Shown in pieces: positions 1-9,391 of a stretch of 64,000 nt of DNA. Source of the DNA: a bacterium (GTDB lineage: Bacteria; Patescibacteriota; Microgenomatia; UBA10105; UBA927). The stretch lies in contig JAKAFY010000003.1 in the NCBI GenBank assembly GCA_021817785.1, positions 4,376-68,375 on the forward strand, in the 5' to 3' direction. The position numbers were made by a program, and so were the translations under genes. Each line of letters starts with the position of its first letter. Position 1 is the first letter of the stretch. A model generated the notes under the pieces. The model searched no databases, had not been told where the DNA came from, and saw only the letters and a list, made by a program, of their open reading frames with translations.

Positions 1-401
1 CGCGGTTTCAACAAACGCAGGACGTTTTTGCCGACCGGTGCCAGATCCGCCACGTACTGCAGCACCATAGTGGCAATGACGATATCGGCAATACCCGCAT
101 CCAACGGCAGGGATTGTGTGATATCGGCGGCAACAAATCGGGCAGATAGATCGGTCGTGCGAACTGCGGCTTTCGACAACAGCGTTTTCGCATTGTCGAC
201 TCCTATGTATGTCGTACCCGGAATGAGTTTGTGAAACAGATATCCATTGCCGCACCCCACGTCAACGACGTTTTTATCCGACGTGTTGCCGGTATACCGG
301 GCGATAAGCGGATCGATACAGGCAATATGTAGCGCGTCTCCGCCGCTGCCCACACCGTCATCAAATATATCTGCATACTGATCCCATTGATTTTGGCTCA
401 T
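1..401 (-). CDS. Class I SAM-dependent methyltransferase (partial, runs off the window start)
   Basis: Manual translation from ATG 401 gives MSQNQWDQYADIFDDG...NVVDVGCGNGYL (SAM-binding motif I); not in the ORF track. Confidence 0.8.
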   Translation of the reverse strand, partial: MSQNQWDQYADIFDDGVGSGGDALHIACIDPLIARYTGNTSDKNVVDVGCGNGYLFHKLIPGTTYIGVDNAKTLLSKAAVRTTDLSARFVAADITQSLPLDAGIADIVIATMVLQYVADLAPVGKNVLRLLKP

Positions 402-405
402 GTGG

Positions 406-1824
406 TTAGTCCAGTGCCGTCGTGTTTACACCGGAGGCAAAGTCGATGTCCGGGAACTGATGCAGGATCGTATTGACCTGTTTTTTGAGTACGTCGTACG
501 CTTCCTGCGTTTTGCCCTCAAATTTCACCGTAAGATACGGTCCGTTTTGACTCGCGCGCACGATCATCATTTCTTTTTCCGTATCCATGCGCACGCCGTC
601 GATCTCCACATAGGTTGCCGTAGGATACAGTTTTTTTATCTCGGCGCCGATGTGATCGGACACCAGCGCAAATTTGACCGCATCCGGGCACCCCACTTTT
701 ATTTCCGGACTGGAGACATATTTGGGCAGCTCGTCTACCGCTTCCGCCAGCGATTTGTCCACGCGGGTAAGATACGCCAACAACCGCAGACTGGCGATGG
801 CTCCGTCGTCATGCCCGTAAAAATTATCGACAAAATAAATGTGTCCGGAAAGCTCGCCGCCGAACGGCGCGTGTTCTTCGTGTACTTTGGCTTTGATAAA
901 CGAATGCCCGGTCTTCCACATAATCGCCTTCCCGCCTGCGTCACGGACCACGTCGGACACAATCTTCGAGCACAACGTATTAAAAACAATTTTCGATCCC
1001 GGCAGCGATGCGATAACGTCTTTGGCAAAGAGCGCTACCAACACGTCATTCCAAATCATGCGGCCGGTGCCGTCCACGATACCGATACGATCGCCGTCGC
1101 AGTCATAGGAAAACCCGAGATCCGCTTTGGCTTTGAGTACGCCGTCAGCCAGGCGCTGCTGCACCTCGTGTTCGGTGGGATCCGGCGTACCGACCGGAAA
1201 ATTGCCGTCGGGCGTGGTATTTTGTTCGATGACTTCGCAGCCTACCGAGCGCAATATGTCCGGAAGATATATTCCGGTGGTGGCCGCACACGAATCCACG
1301 ACAACTTTAAACCGCTTTATGGGATCAATGCGGCGCTTCAGATCGTCTATATAGTCCTGCTTGATATCTTTCTGGATGACGACGCCCTTGGGAGACCGCG
1401 TCACGAATGCGCCGCGTTTGACCAGCTCGCGGAACTCTACGATGTCTTCCGTCAGCATGGTTTCGGAATACCCGGTACCAAATTTAAACCCGTTGTATTC
1501 CTTGGGGTTATGGGATGCGGTAATCATGATCATGCCGCGCGTGCGGAAATAGTAGCACGCAAAATAGGCAATCTGGGAAAGCGTCATGCCGATGTCATAG
1601 ACGGTAATCCCCGCGTCCGTCAATTCTTTAGCCATGATATCCCGGAAATGCGGGCTCGACAGGCGGCAATCGTAGCCTACGACGCAGTCGTATATACGCC
1701 GCTCCAAAAGCCACGTGGCATACCCTTTTCCCAAAAGCGATACGGCTTCATCGTTTAATTCGGTACCGACTAACCCGCGCAGGTCATATCCACGAAACAC
1801 ATGATCCGGAATGGTTGTTGCCAT
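406..1824 (-). CDS. Phosphomannomutase/phosphoglucomutase
   Basis: FRGYDLRG N-terminus, ITASHNP active-site Ser, DCDGDR metal loop, GELSGH. Confidence 0.95.
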   Translation of the reverse strand: MATTIPDHVFRGYDLRGLVGTELNDEAVSLLGKGYATWLLERRIYDCVVGYDCRLSSPHFRDIMAKELTDAGITVYDIGMTLSQIAYFACYYFRTRGMIMITASHNPKEYNGFKFGTGYSETMLTEDIVEFRELVKRGAFVTRSPKGVVIQKDIKQDYIDDLKRRIDPIKRFKVVVDSCAATTGIYLPDILRSVGCEVIEQNTTPDGNFPVGTPDPTEHEVQQRLADGVLKAKADLGFSYDCDGDRIGIVDGTGRMIWNDVLVALFAKDVIASLPGSKIVFNTLCSKIVSDVVRDAGGKAIMWKTGHSFIKAKVHEEHAPFGGELSGHIYFVDNFYGHDDGAIASLRLLAYLTRVDKSLAEAVDELPKYVSSPEIKVGCPDAVKFALVSDHIGAEIKKLYPTATYVEIDGVRMDTEKEMMIVRASQNGPYLTVKFEGKTQEAYDVLKKQVNTILHQFPDIDFASGVNTTALD

Positions 1825-1833
1825 AGGCCTCCT

Positions 1834-2520
1834 TTATAAAGAAACACAAAACTGTTCTATGAGTTGGGCAAGGGAAAATGGGGTAGCGCCTGTTTTGATA
1901 CTGATATCCATATCGAGTAACTTCGTGTGCATGCTGACAAGTTCATCCATGGTAAATAATCGGGCTTGTGCTGTCAAGCGTGCGGCCTGCCACGGCGCCA
2001 ATCCGTCGGGCGTGACATGGTCGGCCGCTTGAATGAGCTGGCGCACGCGGCGCACGAGCAGTGTATACGAGATCTCCGCAGGCTGGCTTGCTGCGACTTT
2101 GCGAAACAGCGGCACGAGGGTGGCTGCTGATTTCGGACGCAGTCCATCCAAAAACTGGAAGATGATGGTCGGTGTTTTAAACGTGCGTACGGTCGCGCCA
2201 CCCAGTGTTTTGACCACGGAAGCGGTGAGTTCTTTATCTTCCCATAAAATCACGTCATTGGCGTTTGCCGCGTTGAGCAATATGGCAGACAGCGCCCCGA
2301 TTTTTTTGATCTGACGGCCTAGTTTCCCGAATAGGTTTTCTATGACGACCAGTGTATCCCCACCGAACAATGATGACGATTCCATGGCCTGCACCAGCTG
2401 GCTGGGTTCGATGGATCTGCCGGACAGCTGCCGGATTTCTTTGCCTTTAGCAACGCCGATCATGCGCAGAAGTTCCGCGCGGGACGCATCGATATTATCG
2501 CCGTGCAACAATATAATCAT
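1834..2520 (-). CDS. holA: Short DNA polymerase III delta subunit-like protein
   Basis: IILLHG start, SSSLFGG motif, C-terminal LLDMDISIKTG. Confidence 0.7.
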   Translation of the reverse strand: MIILLHGDNIDASRAELLRMIGVAKGKEIRQLSGRSIEPSQLVQAMESSSLFGGDTLVVIENLFGKLGRQIKKIGALSAILLNAANANDVILWEDKELTASVVKTLGGATVRTFKTPTIIFQFLDGLRPKSAATLVPLFRKVAASQPAEISYTLLVRRVRQLIQAADHVTPDGLAPWQAARLTAQARLFTMDELVSMHTKLLDMDISIKTGATPFSLAQLIEQFCVSL

Positions 2521-2522
2521 AG

Positions 2523-2900
2523 CTATATCGAATCTTTATATTTCCGAAACAATACCTCTACGGTGCGACTGTCTATCCTGGCGTGTCTTCCCCGGTGGGG
2601 GACCAGTGCCCCGGAAAAATTTTTGGGGATGTGCATGAGCTCATGGATGATGACCCGCGTTTTATCATCGTCCGACAAATGGTCAAAATGCTGGGAAAGC
2701 ACCTCGATGACATAATGGGCAGGCAGATCGAGCGCCATCTGCCAGATTTTGGGGAAACTCCAGATACGCGCGCGTGCGCGGCTGGTCGCATGGGTGCTGC
2801 GCATACAGACAATGCGGGATGCCGTGACCTGATCAAACAGGTTGGTCCGCAGAATATTTTTCATGATCTTCTGTACGTCAGGCGCCGGAGCTATATCCAT
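2523..2900 (-). CDS. Putative small metallopeptidase
   Basis: HELMH (HExxH) zinc motif; ARARIW..YVIEV pattern. Confidence 0.7.
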   Translation of the reverse strand: MDIAPAPDVQKIMKNILRTNLFDQVTASRIVCMRSTHATSRARARIWSFPKIWQMALDLPAHYVIEVLSQHFDHLSDDDKTRVIIHELMHIPKNFSGALVPHRGRHARIDSRTVEVLFRKYKDSI

Positions 2901-2909
2901 ACAGATATA

Positions 2910-3356
2910 TTATGACAGCGTTCGGAGAATTTTGTCGACCTCGGAAAGGAGCGGCCGGTTGGACGTAGGATAGCCGATCAGCGTCATGGCCTGTGCAAAG
3001 GGTACCCAGCAGGCTTCCGTGATTCCTTCTTCCGTCTGCACGACCGGAACGGCTCGCGTAGGCGACATGTACAAAAAGAAATGCACGGTTTTTTTGATAG
3101 AGCCGTCACGAAAATAATAGTATTTGTTCGGAGTCAGCGTGGCCACATAGGACAATCCGTCTATATGCACTTCTTCCTGTATCTCCCGGACGGCTGCTGC
3201 CCGGTGGGTCTCCCCTTTTTCTATTTTCCCCTTCGGGAACGTCCAGTTGCCCCCGCGGTCTTTCATCAGAAGCACCCACCAGCCGGCACCTACTTTCGAT
3301 ACGATGATGCCGCCTGCGGAGGTTTCTGTTTTTGCCCGTGTGGTTGGATTTTTCAT
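2910..3356 (-). CDS. NUDIX hydrolase
   Basis: Nudix box GKIEKGETHRAAAVREIQEE. Confidence 0.9.
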   Translation of the reverse strand: MKNPTTRAKTETSAGGIIVSKVGAGWWVLLMKDRGGNWTFPKGKIEKGETHRAAAVREIQEEVHIDGLSYVATLTPNKYYYFRDGSIKKTVHFFLYMSPTRAVPVVQTEEGITEACWVPFAQAMTLIGYPTSNRPLLSEVDKILRTLS

Positions 3357-4534
3357 TTTTTTAAATACTGTTTGCCTTTGAGCTTGTCCGGTAGCAGACT
3401 GTCGTTGCCGTATGCGTGGTATCCTTTTCCATAGTCCAGTTCCTTCATCAGTTTTGTCGGTGCGTTTCTGATGATAAGCGGTATAGGAAGGTTCCCGTGC
3501 TTTTTTACGTCGTCTACTGCCGCAAAGTATGCATCATAGGCACTCCGGTCTTTTTTCGCAAGGGACAGATACGCGACCCCGTGGGCTAAATTTTCCTGGC
3601 ACTCGGGATAGCCGATTTTGTTACACGCATCAAACACTGCGTTGGCAACGACCAGTGCGGTAGGTTGCGCGAGCCCTATGTCTTCACTGGCAAACACTAC
3701 CATACGCCGCGCGATAAACAACGGATCTTCACCGGCTGCTACCATACGCGCCAGATAGTAGAGTGCCGCATCAGGGTCGCTTGCCCGCATGCTTTTGATG
3801 AACGCGCTGATCGTATTGTAGTGTTCCTCCCCTGTGCGGTCGTACTGGAGCATTTTCCGCTGGGCTGCTTCTTCTACATCTGCTGCCGTAAGCTTTTTGC
3901 TTTTCGTGAGGGTTGCCGCTATTTCGAGTGTCGTCAGTAACGCACGCGCATCTCCGTTGGCTATTTCAAAAAGAAATTGCGCTCCCTCTTTGTCTATCGT
4001 TTTTTTGATATAGCCGAGTCCTCGTTGCATGATCTCTTCGAGTTCGGATTGTTCCAACGGCTTTAACACCAGTACCCTACATCGGGATAACAGCGGGGAT
4101 ATGACCTCAAATGACGGGTTTTCTGTGGTGGCACCGATAAAAATCACCGTCCCGTGCTCGACTGCCGGAAGCAGCGCGTCCTGCTGGGCTTTATTAAACC
4201 GGTGGATTTCGTCGATAAACAGGATCGTCCGTTTGCCGTCTCGGGTCGTCCGTTCCTCCGCTTCATGGATGACGCGGCGTACATCCGATAACGTAGACGT
4301 TACCGCTGAATGGGATTCAAAATAACTGTCGGTGAGGGTTGCCAGAAGTTCCGCGAGCGTCGTCTTGCCGCATCCCGGGGGTCCCCACAAAACCAGCGAC
4401 GGCAAAAATCCGGACGCGAGCAGTTTACGGACAATGCCCTGGTCCCCGACAAGGTGCGTTTGTCCTACGACATCGTCTAAGGACGCGGGACGAAGTATAT
4501 CGGCAAGCGGACGGCTGCTTCTTCTGTCTGTCAT
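3353..4534 (-). CDS. rarA: Replication-associated recombination protein A (AAA+ ATPase)
   Basis: GPPGCGKTT, DEIHRFNKAQQD, GATTENPSF, SAFIKSMRASD. Confidence 0.95.
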   Translation of the reverse strand: MTDRRSSRPLADILRPASLDDVVGQTHLVGDQGIVRKLLASGFLPSLVLWGPPGCGKTTLAELLATLTDSYFESHSAVTSTLSDVRRVIHEAEERTTRDGKRTILFIDEIHRFNKAQQDALLPAVEHGTVIFIGATTENPSFEVISPLLSRCRVLVLKPLEQSELEEIMQRGLGYIKKTIDKEGAQFLFEIANGDARALLTTLEIAATLTKSKKLTAADVEEAAQRKMLQYDRTGEEHYNTISAFIKSMRASDPDAALYYLARMVAAGEDPLFIARRMVVFASEDIGLAQPTALVVANAVFDACNKIGYPECQENLAHGVAYLSLAKKDRSAYDAYFAAVDDVKKHGNLPIPLIIRNAPTKLMKELDYGKGYHAYGNDSLLPDKLKGKQYLKK

Positions 4535-4578
4535 CGCTGGTATTTTACCATGCCCGGCAATGCGCCGCCGCCCATGAT

Positions 4579-4593
4579 CAACCCCAGGGGTTG
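4579..4593. repeat. REP-like palindrome CAACCCC(A/T)GGGGTTG, distal copy
   Basis: Identical to the copies flanking the RAYT gene. Confidence 0.8.
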
Positions 4594-4597
4594 AAAA

Positions 4598-5713
4598 CTA
4601 TGAGACAATTTTTTCCCAGGGAAAGCCGGTGCGCCCAAAGTGGCCGTAACGCGCCGTTTCTCGATAGATGGGCCGTCGGAGATTCAATCCTTTTAAAATC
4701 CCCGGCATGGAAAGATCCAGGAGTGACCAGGCGAACGCTTCGATGTCTGCCAATGGCTTTTTTTCCGTGCCAAACGTCTCTATGGCTTTCGCCAACGGCT
4801 CGCGTTGGCCGATGACGTATGCCACCCGTACTTCCGCTCTATCAGCAAGCCCTTTGGCCACTATGTTTTTGGCGATATAGCGGGCAGCATACGCACCGCT
4901 CCGGTCGACTTTGGTGGGGTCTTTACCGGAAAATGCGCCGCCGCCGTGCCGCGCAAACGCGCCATAGGTATCCACAATGATTTTTCTGCCGGTGACACCG
5001 GTATCGGATGCGGGACCGCCGATGGCCCATTTCCCTTTACTACCATTGACGATAACGTTTTCTATGGGTGGAGCTTTCATGTTATATTTCTTCAACACCG
5101 GCTTGACCACTTTTTCGTACAGAGCGACTTTTAATTTCTCGTTGGTCATAGTGGTGTCGTATGGCACGGCCAGCACGATCCGATCTACCGCCACCGGCTT
5201 GTCATTTTCGTAGATTACTTTTACTTCGCTTTTGCCGTCTGGACGCAAAAACGGGAGAATTTTTTTCTCCCGCGCTTCATCCATACGCTCTACCAGACGA
5301 TGGGCCAAAACTAATGGCAGCGGCATATACTCCGGCGTTTCATTGGTGGCGTACCCGAACATCATACCCTGGTCGCCTGCCCCACCGTCATCTACACCCA
5401 CGGCAATATCGGGAGACTGCTGGTGGATGTAGACCGAAATCGGTGATTTATCCGTAAAGTTGTAGATCGACTTGGTGTATCCTAACGACTTGATCGTTTT
5501 CCGGGCGATCACCTCATAATCCAGCTTTTTCTTGCAGGTGACTTCTCCGGCCAACACGATGCGGTTGGTCGTCACCAACGTTTCAACTGCTACACGAGCC
5601 ATGGGGTCTGCCGCAAGCGCCGCGTCTACGATGGCATCGGAAATCTGGTCGCAAATTTTGTCGGGATGGCCGGAAGCTACGGATTCGGATGTAAAATGGG
5701 TGAGTTTTTTCAT
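4598..5713 (-). CDS. metK: S-adenosylmethionine synthetase
   Basis: FTSESV..GHPDK, GAGDQG, GGGAFSGKDPTKVDRS; GGAGG SD precedes ATG 5713. Confidence 0.97.
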   Translation of the reverse strand: MKKLTHFTSESVASGHPDKICDQISDAIVDAALAADPMARVAVETLVTTNRIVLAGEVTCKKKLDYEVIARKTIKSLGYTKSIYNFTDKSPISVYIHQQSPDIAVGVDDGGAGDQGMMFGYATNETPEYMPLPLVLAHRLVERMDEAREKKILPFLRPDGKSEVKVIYENDKPVAVDRIVLAVPYDTTMTNEKLKVALYEKVVKPVLKKYNMKAPPIENVIVNGSKGKWAIGGPASDTGVTGRKIIVDTYGAFARHGGGAFSGKDPTKVDRSGAYAARYIAKNIVAKGLADRAEVRVAYVIGQREPLAKAIETFGTEKKPLADIEAFAWSLLDLSMPGILKGLNLRRPIYRETARYGHFGRTGFPWEKIVS

Positions 5714-5733
5714 ATGTTTCCCTCCTTTGGGGC

Positions 5734-5826
5734 AAATCTCAGCCAAAGGCTGATTGTGCACCGTGGTCCGCCTATGGCGGAATCGGTTGCTGGATGTCCG
5801 AGTATATAGGACATCACTCTTGATTT
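5734..5826 (-). ncRNA. SAM-I family riboswitch (possibly SAM-I/IV variant)
   Basis: Minus strand AAAUCAAGAG...CCAGCAACC...CGGUGC..AAUCAGC...GCUGAGAUUU carries the SAM-I core motifs with P1 pairing, directly upstream of metK. Confidence 0.8.
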
Positions 5827-5949
5827 ATAATTTATCTACATTACTCTGGAAAACTTCTTCGTGTCAAGAAGGTAAAATGCCCCGCATGACTCCTGCAATT
5901 GAGGCGGAAAAGATATGTGTTGCACCGTAGAGGTATACTTTCTTTGTAT

Positions 5950-6162
5950 ATGCCATTTGCTGACGGCCATGTCGTTAACGCACAAGGAACCCCTGTTGAA
6001 ACAACCGGTGAGGCAATTGCACAAGCACGAGCAGAACGGCCAAGAATCATTTTAGTTCGAGATGGCAAAGGCGTATACAGACTTCCAAAATCAGAACGAG
6101 ACGCGCCTGGGTGTTTGTCTCTACTTTTCCGTTTTGGCCCTTTTGGTCGCAAAGAAAAATAA
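5950..6162 (+). CDS. Small hypothetical protein
   Basis: 70-aa ORF; TATACT at 5934-5939 upstream. Confidence 0.45.
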   Translation: MPFADGHVVNAQGTPVETTGEAIAQARAERPRIILVRDGKGVYRLPKSERDAPGCLSLLFRFGPFGRKEK

Positions 6163-6167
6163 CACAT

Positions 6168-6953
6168 CAACCCCAGGGGTTGCACGCCTTGCTATTGTTA
6201 TATATCGTACTGACATATGAAGCTAACAGGTGTAGACTCATATCAACCCCAGGGGTTGGCTACTATAAGCTATGAGCACGCCGGTTCGATATATTCAGAC
6301 AAACGTACCGTATCATATTTATAATCGGGGCAATCGTAAGTCCGAAATATTCCTGCATCAAAAAGATTATCTGCGATTCCTTGATCACATACGGGAGTAT
6401 AAGCAGCAATATAATGTGCGGATCTATTGCTACTGCCTGATGTCGAACCATTTTCATTTGCTCGCTTCATCCTCCGAAGAATCCGGGCTTACTACTTTTA
6501 TGCTTCGTCTGTCCACGAGTCACGCTAAATACTTCAACATGAAATATCACATGGTAGGCAGGCTGTTCCAAGAGCGTTTCCGCGCCAAGCCAGTTGAGTC
6601 CGACGAATATTTCCTCCATCTTTCCCGGTATATACACTTAAATCCCGTATCCGATGATATCGAAACGCTCACCGCGTTATATACAAAGCCATATGAAGAA
6701 TCCAGCAACGTACGAGCAGCACTTCTGGAATACCCCTGGTCTTCGTATCACGAGTATCGCACGGAATCAGCGGATATATGCGATATACACACCATACTGA
6801 ACTATTTTTCAAAAACACATGCCAATCTCTCGTACACCAATTTCGTCGAATCGAGTATTCCTTCTGAATCCAGCCCTATAGTTAGCAACCCCTGGGGTTG
6901 AAATGGATAGTTTGAGATATTTTTATGGCTGGGAAATTCAACCCCTGGGGTTG
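6168..6953. repeat. Four REP-like palindromes CAACCCC(A/T)GGGGTTG flanking the RAYT (6168-6182, 6244-6258, 6886-6900, 6939-6953)
   Basis: Exact 15-bp palindromes; upstream pair has central A, downstream pair central T. Confidence 0.85.
6272..6901 (+). mobile_element. REP-associated tyrosine transposase (RAYT; IS200/IS605 Y1 HUH family)
   Basis: YHIYNRGN, YCLMSNHFHLL (HUH), GRLFQERF, YIHLNP, YPWSSY; flanked by palindromes. Confidence 0.9.
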
Positions 6954-8266
6954 AGAGGAGTGAAGCCGGCTTTGCCGAAGGCGATGCGGTCGAGGACCCG
7001 CTGTTCCATGTCGAGCATCCGGCCTGGAGTGACGACGAAATTGCCAAACCGATCCGATACCCGGTCTATGGCCGCCGTAAGGCTGCGTTTTTTGTCGTCT
7101 TCCGGAAGAAGCGACAATTGTGCCGCTTCCCGCTCCAGATGATAACTATAGATAGCCAGTATGCGCACGGGATTTTCCGGAGCGGCAGCAAGCATGCGGC
7201 GGTACCATTGGTAAAAGTCCATATCCGCGTAGAGGGCAGCAGACAGTTTTTGCTGCGTATGCCAGTGGGTGTGATCGGCAAACAATAACGATATCCCCAC
7301 TCCGGATGCCGTGCAGCCGTCGTCCCGGAGGCGTTTGCCCATTTTCATGGTAAGCTGCGAAAGAATCTGCCACAGCCGGGGATCTGTCGCTGTATACGAT
7401 TTTGGCAACGCATACGACTGACCGAAGCTCTTCTGAAGCTCTTCCTTTTCATCAAATGTCTTGTACATCACGCCGTCTTCCCACCCGTGAAGCCTCTGCC
7501 ACCAGTGATACCCCACGATCGAATGAAACGCCCGCCCTAACGCTTCCTGCGACGCAGAGAGCATCGCCAACGGCGTGGCTATACCGCCATAGCGCAACCT
7601 GGTTGCGTTTCCTTCCTTGATGCCGCATAAATCTTCCAGCTTGAGTGTGCTAAATACGTCTTCTATGGTTTCCCGGGTGATCCACCGCAGCCCGTCCGGC
7701 TTTTCTAGCCCGGATGCGACTTTGGCCAGATACCGGTTGGGGGCTATCCCTATGGACACCGTAAGCCAGTCTCCGATTTCATCCCGGATGCGTTGCTTTA
7801 TGTCCCTGCCGATGTCCTGCATGGCTGGAATTGTTTTCTGAATCATGAATTCAGAATCAGGAATTATGGGAATATTGTTTCTATATTTTTTTAGACTTCG
7901 ATAGAGCGCTGGCGTATTTTTTACATCCAGCACCATTTCATCGATGGATTCCACGCTGAGCGCATCGGTGTAGCTTCCCAAAAGTGCCGTGAGCTGGTGG
8001 TTGACCAGCCGGTATTTGTCGGGATCCGGCGGCAGAATTATTAACCGGGGATACATAAACTGCCCTTCACGCACGGACATACCGGTTTTGATCCCCAGAC
8101 GTTTGGCTTCTTTGGACGCAGCTAATATGCAGCCGTTGCCCGTAGCATACGCCGCAACGACCAGGGGTTTCCCGCGAAACAACGGATTGGCCTGCTGTTC
8201 TACCGTGGCAAAACAGGAATTCAAATCCACATGCATGACGGTCGGAGGTGCAGGGTTAAATTTCAT
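6938..8266 (-). CDS. dinB: DNA polymerase IV (Y family)
   Basis: HVDLNSCFATVEQ, SIDE, SIGIAPNRYLAKVAS..KPDG. Confidence 0.93.
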   Translation of the reverse strand: MKFNPAPPTVMHVDLNSCFATVEQQANPLFRGKPLVVAAYATGNGCILAASKEAKRLGIKTGMSVREGQFMYPRLIILPPDPDKYRLVNHQLTALLGSYTDALSVESIDEMVLDVKNTPALYRSLKKYRNNIPIIPDSEFMIQKTIPAMQDIGRDIKQRIRDEIGDWLTVSIGIAPNRYLAKVASGLEKPDGLRWITRETIEDVFSTLKLEDLCGIKEGNATRLRYGGIATPLAMLSASQEALGRAFHSIVGYHWWQRLHGWEDGVMYKTFDEKEELQKSFGQSYALPKSYTATDPRLWQILSQLTMKMGKRLRDDGCTASGVGISLLFADHTHWHTQQKLSAALYADMDFYQWYRRMLAAAPENPVRILAIYSYHLEREAAQLSLLPEDDKKRSLTAAIDRVSDRFGNFVVTPGRMLDMEQRVLDRIAFGKAGFTPLNPRG

Positions 8267-8343
8267 AATTTTCAATTTTTAATTCGAAATTTTTATTGAA
8301 AATTGATTGCAAATTGAAAATTTTAAATTAGAAATTAATTTTC
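8262..8343. repeat. AT-rich two-armed octamer-like repeat (AATTTTC/GAAAATT units)
   Basis: Degenerate units in inverted arms filling the gap upstream of dinB and overlapping both the stop and start codons. Confidence 0.6.
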
Positions 8344-8583
8344 TATGTCCATCAATTTCCACCCCAATGTCTCGGCATTCATTTCCAGCCGGAAAAAATT
8401 GATGCCGTCCGTCACCGAAAAGACATGGATAAGGACGCGCCCTTCCCGATACATATGGTGCAGCCCGACCTGCTTGATCTGGTACCGTCTGCCATGCCAG
8501 TAGAGGCCATAAGGAATGATTTTATGTGTGATATGATTACTCCACAGGGTGACGGATACGGGTTCATTAATGGCTTCTGACAT
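8335..8583 (-). CDS. Small protein co-transcribed upstream of dinB
   Basis: 82 aa from ATG 8583 (MSEAINEPVSV...W.GRRYQI...FSV...W.L); good promoter upstream; the longer 283-aa call overlaps the GT2 gene. Confidence 0.65.
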   Translation of the reverse strand: MSEAINEPVSVTLWSNHITHKIIPYGLYWHGRRYQIKQVGLHHMYREGRVLIHVFSVTDGINFFRLEMNAETLGWKLMDIEN

Positions 8584-8595
8584 AGGACTAAATCC

Positions 8596-8624
8596 ATAAT
8601 AAACCCGAAAATATATATCGTCAA
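8596..8624 (-). promoter_or_regulatory. Sigma70 promoter of the small-gene/dinB operon
   Basis: TTGACG-17 bp-TATTAT on the minus strand. Confidence 0.7.
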
Positions 8625-8646
8625 CTATATATAAATGATACAAAAT

Positions 8647-9357
8647 ATGAAAATAAACCGAAAACGCGTATCTACGTCTCTGGTCATCCCCATGTACAAC
8701 GAGGCTACGTATATGCCAAAACTTCTGGCGTCTATCCGCGCATCTACCGTGCTTCCTGACGAAATCATCATCTGCGACAACGGATCTACCGACGACAGCG
8801 TGGCCATCGTCCGGCATGCCATGCATACGCTTCCCATCCGCGTCGTCCATGAACATAACAAAGGCATACGCCATGCCATAGACCGCGCATGGAGGGAAGC
8901 ATCCGGAGATATCATTTTCCGTACCGATGCGGACTGCGTACTGCCCCCACAGTGGATGGCACACGCCCTTTTGCATTTTGCGAACGATCCGCTTCTTATG
9001 GCCTGTACCGGTCCGCTCAAAAGTCCGGACGGCAGCCGGCTGGATATATTCCTCACATTTGCCTGGACGCGCTACCCTGCCATCGCATTTACCTGGCTCC
9101 AAGGCTATCCGCTGCTCATCGGCAGTAACTCCGCGTTCCGGAAAACTGCACTGATCGCAGTAGACGGATACACGACAAAGAAACACGTATTAGAAGATCA
9201 GCTCATAAGCAGGAAGCTTGCCGACGCGGGCATGAAGACCCGGTGGTTTTGGGACATGAGCATGTACCACTCGTCGCGCCGCTTTCACGGCAAGCCGCAC
9301 GCGTATATCCCCTATGTCCTCTCCCTCGTCCACCCCGCGTTCTATGCGGAAAAGTAA
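8647..9357 (+). CDS. Glycosyltransferase family 2
   Basis: VIPMYNE, DNGSTD, DAD, GSNSAFR, ED, SSRRF. Confidence 0.92.
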   Translation: MKINRKRVSTSLVIPMYNEATYMPKLLASIRASTVLPDEIIICDNGSTDDSVAIVRHAMHTLPIRVVHEHNKGIRHAIDRAWREASGDIIFRTDADCVLPPQWMAHALLHFANDPLLMACTGPLKSPDGSRLDIFLTFAWTRYPAIAFTWLQGYPLLIGSNSAFRKTALIAVDGYTTKKHVLEDQLISRKLADAGMKTRWFWDMSMYHSSRRFHGKPHAYIPYVLSLVHPAFYAEK

Positions 9358-9391
9358 CCATCCCAACTCTACAACGATATACTGCATGTAT

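Noticed and set aside
400-1758. 452-aa plus-strand ORF and similar long antisense ORFs over atpA, gatA, otsA and polX
   Set aside because: Shadow frames of well-supported genes on the opposite strand.
8584-9186. N-terminal 201 aa of the 283-aa ORF
   Set aside because: Antisense to the GT2 gene; the promoter position supports ATG 8583.
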